A stretch of DNA of 64,000 nt. It comes from Aplysia californica. Its lineage: Eukaryota. Location: NCBI RefSeq assembly GCF_000002075.1, contig NW_004797517.1:17737-81736 (forward strand). The letters run 5' to 3'. Of the stretch, positions 59,787 to 64,000 are shown in pieces (the first letter of the stretch is position 1; the number at the start of each line of letters is the position of its first letter). The notes beneath the pieces are model-generated. The model had not been told where the DNA came from and made no database searches. It saw only the letters and a list, made by a program, of their open reading frames with translations. The position numbers were made by a program, and so were the translations under genes.

Positions 59787-62356
59787 CATCATTATTATTA
59801 TTATTATCATTATCATTATTATTATCCTTATTATTATATTGAATAGTAAAGAAATTTTCCAATTATATTAAAACAGAACAATAAAGCACACAGAACTTCT
59901 CTCAGCTGAAACAAATCCTAAGAACAGAATTAATCAACAAGAAATACAGTACATGTATTAGAAGACATGTGAAGACTATTTAAAAAAACAGATCAAAATA
60001 AAATCCAAATTTGGCACATAACATTGACAATATATCACATTATATTAAACATCGCCCAGAGCACTCAGGCATGCAGTTCTCCAAGCGACCAATCCCGATT
60101 GCTTGTCACCTATTGCAACTCAGTAGGCCTAAATGTAATGATGACATCAGACATTCTGAGAGACTTTTCTCTAGTGATTTATTGAACAAGAGTAATTCGA
60201 ACAGACATGCAGCTATTACAGAATGGCATCATGCAGAAGAGTTAATGCTCAGATGCTACTGGATCGCTAACAACAACAACATTGAACAAGAGTATGTTTT
60301 ACGTTTTTTGAGCGCAGGTGATCACTTGGCTAATCTATAAAATCCTATCAGTATCAGCCTATCCAGTGTTCTGTAGCATGTATGTGTGTCCACTGCCTGT
60401 GGAAAATGCTGTCCATCACTCTCTTTGTCCTGCCTGAGGGTTAGTCTCATCTACCAGTTGTCTAGAGTATGTGTATGTGTACGTTGTTGTAGCCAAGATT
60501 TTTCTTTGTCAAGCTTTACCAGTCAGTGTGCTTCATGGATCTAAGCCTGCGTTAAGAAGAAGTGACTGCGTAAGTACGATTATATTGTAAAAAAACAACA
60601 TCATATGATGAAAGTGTGCGTTTGAATGGAGTATGCCTTTGTGTGATGTGCGTTTAGATGGAGACTACTGTTGTTTTAGTTCTTGTATTACGACCACTTT
60701 TAATTTCCACAGTAGTCATGCAGGCTTGGATTCTGAAAACCCATACATGACATAGCATACTCATGTTTCATTACAAATAAAATATATCATCAATGAGCCC
60801 ATTAGCAGCCATTGCACTCTATCCCTTTTCCCACTCCTGTGAATCTAGCTTTTTGGTTAGGCAGAAACCTTTTAACTTACAAAGCTCTCATAGAACAGCG
60901 CAGAGATGGGTTTTGTGTGGTCAGCAAATATTTCAAACAAAGCTTTCTGCAGCTCAGCCAAGCGGTCAAAGCCTCCAGTCAAGGTGTCTTCAGGTGAGAA
61001 CCACAGAGACATCTGTGAGACAAAAAAAAAGTTAGCATTCTCAAAATAAACCCTGGAAAAGTGTGGACAATAACAGCTGACATTTGGCAAGCATATATCA
61101 TAATATATGATAAGTACTCAAGCCTATCTGCTGAGAAAGGTTTATGCAACCCTCAAGATAATTTCAGATTGAGATGATAGTCATCTGAATCCTAACCATT
61201 GAAAAAGGTTCATACAACCCTTACAATAAATTCAGACAGAAAAGAGGACAAAATAATTTTATCAAGTATTTAAAGTTTGTGAGTGTGGTCAGAAAGTTAT
61301 ATTCTTATTTCATACTTACTACTTACATGTTTAGATTATTGTATTGAAGATAAAAACATTTTCAAATCTCACCCACTGAACCACTTAATAAAATGTGCAT
61401 GGGGCAAATTTTCATATTTATAGATATGACATTCTGAAAAAAAAAAGTCTTGAGAAAGGAAACCTGGCTGAATTTATGTCAAGTTCAAAATGGTCCGGCT
61501 CATATAGTGGGCCATGGCTATAACAGGGCTTCCAGGACCGACAAGAATTGTCACTGTTATCTATTTAGCTGAATCCAGACTGTTAAAGACTTTGAATCAT
61601 GTTTACATACACAGAAGCTAATGAAAAGTCCTCCTGCGGGTACTAATGAAAAGAATGAGAATTAAAAACAGTGTGATCAAAACGAAACTTTACGATTTTT
61701 TTTGTTTTATAGGCCTATATTATATTTTCCTCCACACTGAAGCTTAGTGTTTCAAATTTGTACACAACATTTGGAAGCCGAAAAGAATTTAGCTGATATT
61801 CAATTTAGATAAATTCACAGAATAACTTTGCTCTATAGAGCTTGTAGAAAAACAACCAATTTTCAGCTGTGTCCCCATTTTTGAAGCACAACTCACTAGT
61901 TCGAGATCATGGGTAAGATTAGTAAAGAGAAGAGAGCTTTTTAATTATATAATATATTGAGCATTACCTCATCGCCAGCTCATTTAGTAAGTTTTGCAGA
62001 AGGTAAGGAAATAATTTCAAAGTGCCCTTAAGGTCTTGAGGGGAGATGTTCCATCAGTAGGGACATGTAGAGAATCAGAATTAAAAATTCCCAGACAAAA
62101 TGATATGAGTAAAGGAAATTAAAGGGACTAAAAACCATACCATACAATAAATGTGAGAAAAATAGCTTATCACCCTCTGCCACTGCTCTCTGGTAACTGT
62201 TCCACTGCCTATCTGGTCCATCTCCTTGAAACGTTGGAGGCTGTCCAAAAGCTGTTGCTGAGTTGGAATGGGGATTGGGGAACACAAGGACACAAACAGA
62301 CGTCGCCAGTCCACATAGTCTGTCTCAGATGACAGGGTGTTGGCCAACTCTTGGAT
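48270..62356 (-). CDS. SPEF2: Sperm flagellar protein 2 (SPEF2/KPL2), last seven coding exons; 5' part lies beyond the window
   Basis: Spliced product (DYVDWRRLF...PIP...LLDSLQRFKEMD...GTVTREQW, SLWF, FDRL...LFEIFAD, LMYFS...EGFLRALSV, DSHRF, HPLIQD, DIKSLL) is collinear with the recalled C-terminal EF-hand-like region of vertebrate SPEF2. All joins are GT-AG with consistent phases. Confidence 0.92.
49100..51400 (-). mobile_element. Degenerate I/Ingi-type LINE RT region, interrupted by younger insertions
   Basis: MDEICSEVLCNLG...GIPKAWRIAQ; LNPHQAGFRKG...DQV; HTVAIFVDL..DRVWR; and, beyond the insertions, KAKRTLQLVKKLASSSWGSDKQTLRALYIGYI. Confidence 0.85.
49380..50365 (+). mobile_element. L2/CR1-clade LINE 3' fragment with (TA)n and tail
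   Basis: KLQVLQN...HVTLIQKELHWLLVKERIKYK; GPQVWNELPYKIR...FKKLLKHFLF; (TA)n at 49857-49917; GCGCA..GCGC tail with (ATT)n. Confidence 0.8.
51703..52205. mobile_element. Tigger-like MITE
   Basis: AGTCAAACCCCT ... AGGGTTTGACTG-TA inverted ends. Confidence 0.65.
52279..52407 (-). CDS. SPEF2: SPEF2 exon (DRLTAVFKELNDDDTTSPIPYKILIDHPLIQDVVVACKHFKAL)
   Basis: TACAG acceptor, GTAAGT donor, 129 nt. Confidence 0.9.
54869..54949 (-). CDS. SPEF2: SPEF2 exon (VLHHGEITKGDSHRFSVMADPEDQTST)
   Basis: TTTAG acceptor, GTAAGT donor, 81 nt. Confidence 0.88.
55287..55410 (-). CDS. SPEF2: SPEF2 exon (SIIQEGTDFKDDEKTHSEPPMSEEVIPSSADDALVSVEALFK)
   Basis: CTGCAG acceptor, GTAATA donor, 124 nt; phase 2 to phase 0. 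Confidence 0.87.
56015..56770 (+). mobile_element. Internally deleted RTE-clade LINE
   Basis: RTE-like leader GCGTCCCCAGGTGGTGGATAGGGG; KMKEGKAT; EITTKLLNSIYDIGEIPEDTMKSVFIA; (GAT)n tail. Confidence 0.7.
56912..57097 (+). mobile_element. Short retroposon family B, full copy with an 11-bp TSD
   Basis: TSD AGACATACAGG at 56901-56911 and 57098-57108. Confidence 0.9.
57266..57577 (+). mobile_element. 5'-truncated RTE (BovB-like) LINE
   Basis: Intact frame LLTTVKRRKLKWYGHVTRSTGLANTILQGTVQGKRKRGRQRRRWEDNI...RWRELV; (GAA)n tail; TSD TATATAAATTA at 57255-57265 and 57581-57591. Confidence 0.93.
58259..58677. repeat. Interspersed repeat, copy 2 of 1924-2380
   Basis: Direct sequence homology to copy 1. 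Confidence 0.85.
59220..59371 (-). CDS. SPEF2: SPEF2 exon (LMYFSAAPNYHEGFLRALSVTGGQHIPRLGKPSLTSLATQLGERVPSIVD)
   Basis: TTGCAG acceptor, GTAAGG donor, 152 nt; phase 0 to phase 2. Confidence 0.9.
59732..59838. repeat. (ATT)n microsatellite, probably a retroposon tail
   Basis: Direct repeat preceded by the L2-like tail CACAGCGCTTAAGGCC. Confidence 0.9.
60195..60280 (+). mobile_element. 86-bp 5'-truncated retroposon with an (AAC)n tail and a 14-bp TSD
   Basis: ATTGAACAAGAGTA at 60181-60194 and 60281-60294; the same 3' end occurs at 32849-32914. Confidence 0.88.
60881..61012 (-). CDS. SPEF2: SPEF2 exon (MSLWFSPEDTLTGGFDRLAELQKALFEIFADHTKPISALFYESF)
   Basis: CACAG acceptor, GTAAGT donor, 132 nt. 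Confidence 0.9.
62174..62356 (-). CDS. SPEF2: SPEF2 exon (IQELANTLSSETDYVDWRRLFVSLCSPIPIPTQQQLLDSLQRFKEMDQIGSGTVTREQWQR)
   Basis: CCCCCAG acceptor, GTGATA donor, 183 nt. Confidence 0.92.
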
Positions 62357-62954
62357 CTGGGGGTGGGGGGGTGGGAGGAGAGCAGTACAGTTAATTATAA
62401 TTTGTTTGTTTGTTTGTTTGACTGTGTGTGTGTTTGTTTGGTTGTTTGTTGAAATTGATTTGTGTTTGGTTGTTTGTTGTTTGTTTGTTTGTTTATTTAT
62501 TTAGTTAAGTTAAAGAGAAGCACATCGGTTCCTCAATATGAACACAGCCTGGGATAGAAAATAGCACAGTTCTTTATTTGTTTGTTTGTTTGTTTATTTA
62601 TTTAGTTGAGTTAAAGAGAAGCACATCGGTTCCTCAATATGAACACAGCCTGGGATAGAAAATAGCACAGTTCTTTATTTGTTTGTTTGTTTGTTTTTGT
62701 TTTGTTTTGTTTGTTTGTTGGANNNNNNNNNNNNNNNNNNNNNNNNNNNNNNNNNNNNNNNNNNNNNNNNNNNNNNNNNNNNNNNNNNNNNNNNNNNNNN
62801 NNNNNNNNNNNNNNNNNNNNNNGGGGGTAGAAAGGCAAGAAGTGAGACAATTTTGTACGATGATGATCTTTGAGCTCGATTCTAGCGAACAAGAGTTTCC
62901 TACCTGTGGCGAATTTAAAGTTTTTAAAAGTTTCTTTCCACATTTAGATATATG

Positions 62955-63074
62955 CCACTACTTCTACTACGACAACTACAACAACAACAACAACAACAGC
63001 TGCTTCTGCTGCTGCTGCTTTTACTGCTACTGCGACTTCCACTACCACGACTACTACTACCGTTACTATCACTA

Positions 63075-63105
<31 letters not shown>

Positions 63106-63160
63106 CACTAATACTACTACCACCATCACCCCAACCACCACCACTACCACTACTACTACT
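62955..63160. repeat. Compound (CAA)/(CTG)/(CTA)/(CCA) microsatellite; (GAT)n at ~63490-63530
   Basis: Direct trinucleotide repeats. Confidence 0.9.
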
Positions 63161-63489
63161 TAAATTACCTTTACATTTTCTATTAACATGATTTGACGGT
63201 ATATATACATAATATATTATATCCATACCACTTCTTGCCATAGCATTCCCCTTTCTCTGGTCTTTCCGATTTTGTTTATCGCACCTTTTAGCATGGTGAC
63301 GTAGATGCGCGCACGACTTTGGTTACTATAGCTAGTGTAGTCATTAGGTCTAGATCTAGCATTATTTTTTTTAATGTTCCTGATGAAGCCCCTGATTGGG
63401 CGAAACTTTGAACCTATATATAAAATATTCTTGGAAATTCTACAAGTCTTAACCCTTTTTTTATACTCTGCTGTTTACAATGATAATGG

Positions 63490-63529
<40 letters not shown>

Positions 63530-63913
63530 AATAATACAAATAATGATGACGTTGATAAAGAGTAATAATAACAGTTTGTCTGTCAGCGTCTGACGATGAT
63601 GAATACATCATCTGCATTTGGACGATATTTCTTATGCCAAAAAGAAAAAATGGGTCAAGATGACGTGGGACTTCTGCTATGGTCAATGAGACCAATTCTG
63701 ACAGAGAAGACTTTATTTCCGCTGGTGGATGTATGCAGCAAGGGGATTTCTCTCGTGGCTTCAGCATTTTTTGTATGAGATAAGATTGATTTATTTGTCC
63801 ATCTGCTTTACAGAGAAGTGCATTTAGAGCTCATTCAGTTGGAAAAGAGCAAGACAGACACGAAACAATAGAGAGACAACAAAGAAAAGAAGTACGGCTT
63901 TACAATGGTAAAG

Positions 63914-64000
63914 GTGGGTGGTTGGCGGGTGCTCTGGTGAGGTTTGCTTCTTCTTTCCTCTCAAACATCTATCGTCCTTATCTCCCCTTCTTCTTTTTTA
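63914..64000 (+). mobile_element. Short retroposon family B copy, cut by the window end
   Basis: Same 5' start GTGGGTGGTTGGCGGGTGCTCTGG. Confidence 0.8.

Noticed and set aside
62490-62700. 101-bp tandem duplication
   Set aside because: Near-identical copies directly beside a 100-N gap; likely an assembly artefact.
62924-63767. Poly-Ser, -Val, -Leu, -His and -Asp ORFs
   Set aside because: Translations of microsatellites.

Overview
Eukaryotic (metazoan) genomic DNA, not prokaryotic. The repeat repertoire suggests a mollusc-like lophotrochozoan, which is inference. The window is AT-rich and has four N gaps. It holds two convergent, intron-rich genes. (1) A complete class I histone deacetylase HDAC1/2 (Rpd3) on the + strand: ATG at 2863, 15 candidate coding exons to 38722, and a probable long 3' UTR to about 42520. 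All joins are GT-AG with consistent phases. (2) The last seven coding exons of a SPEF2 (KPL2) orthologue on the - strand, 62356 to the stop at 48270. Introns and intergenic DNA are packed with degenerate LINEs (I/Nimb/Ingi-type with RNase H, RTE, L2), SINEs sharing one hairpin 3' tail, and MITEs (Tigger/pogo, piggyBac-type, hAT-type, MULE-type), many with readable TIRs and TSDs. I see no evidence of a new multi-gene system. The most interesting observations are: a three-way alternative HDAC1 C-terminus built on a dual-frame last exon and a stop codon inside a splice donor; an extra intron relative to human HDAC1; a SINE tail that appears to supply the intron 5 branch point; and a tail-sharing retroposon family that includes a SINE with no tRNA head.
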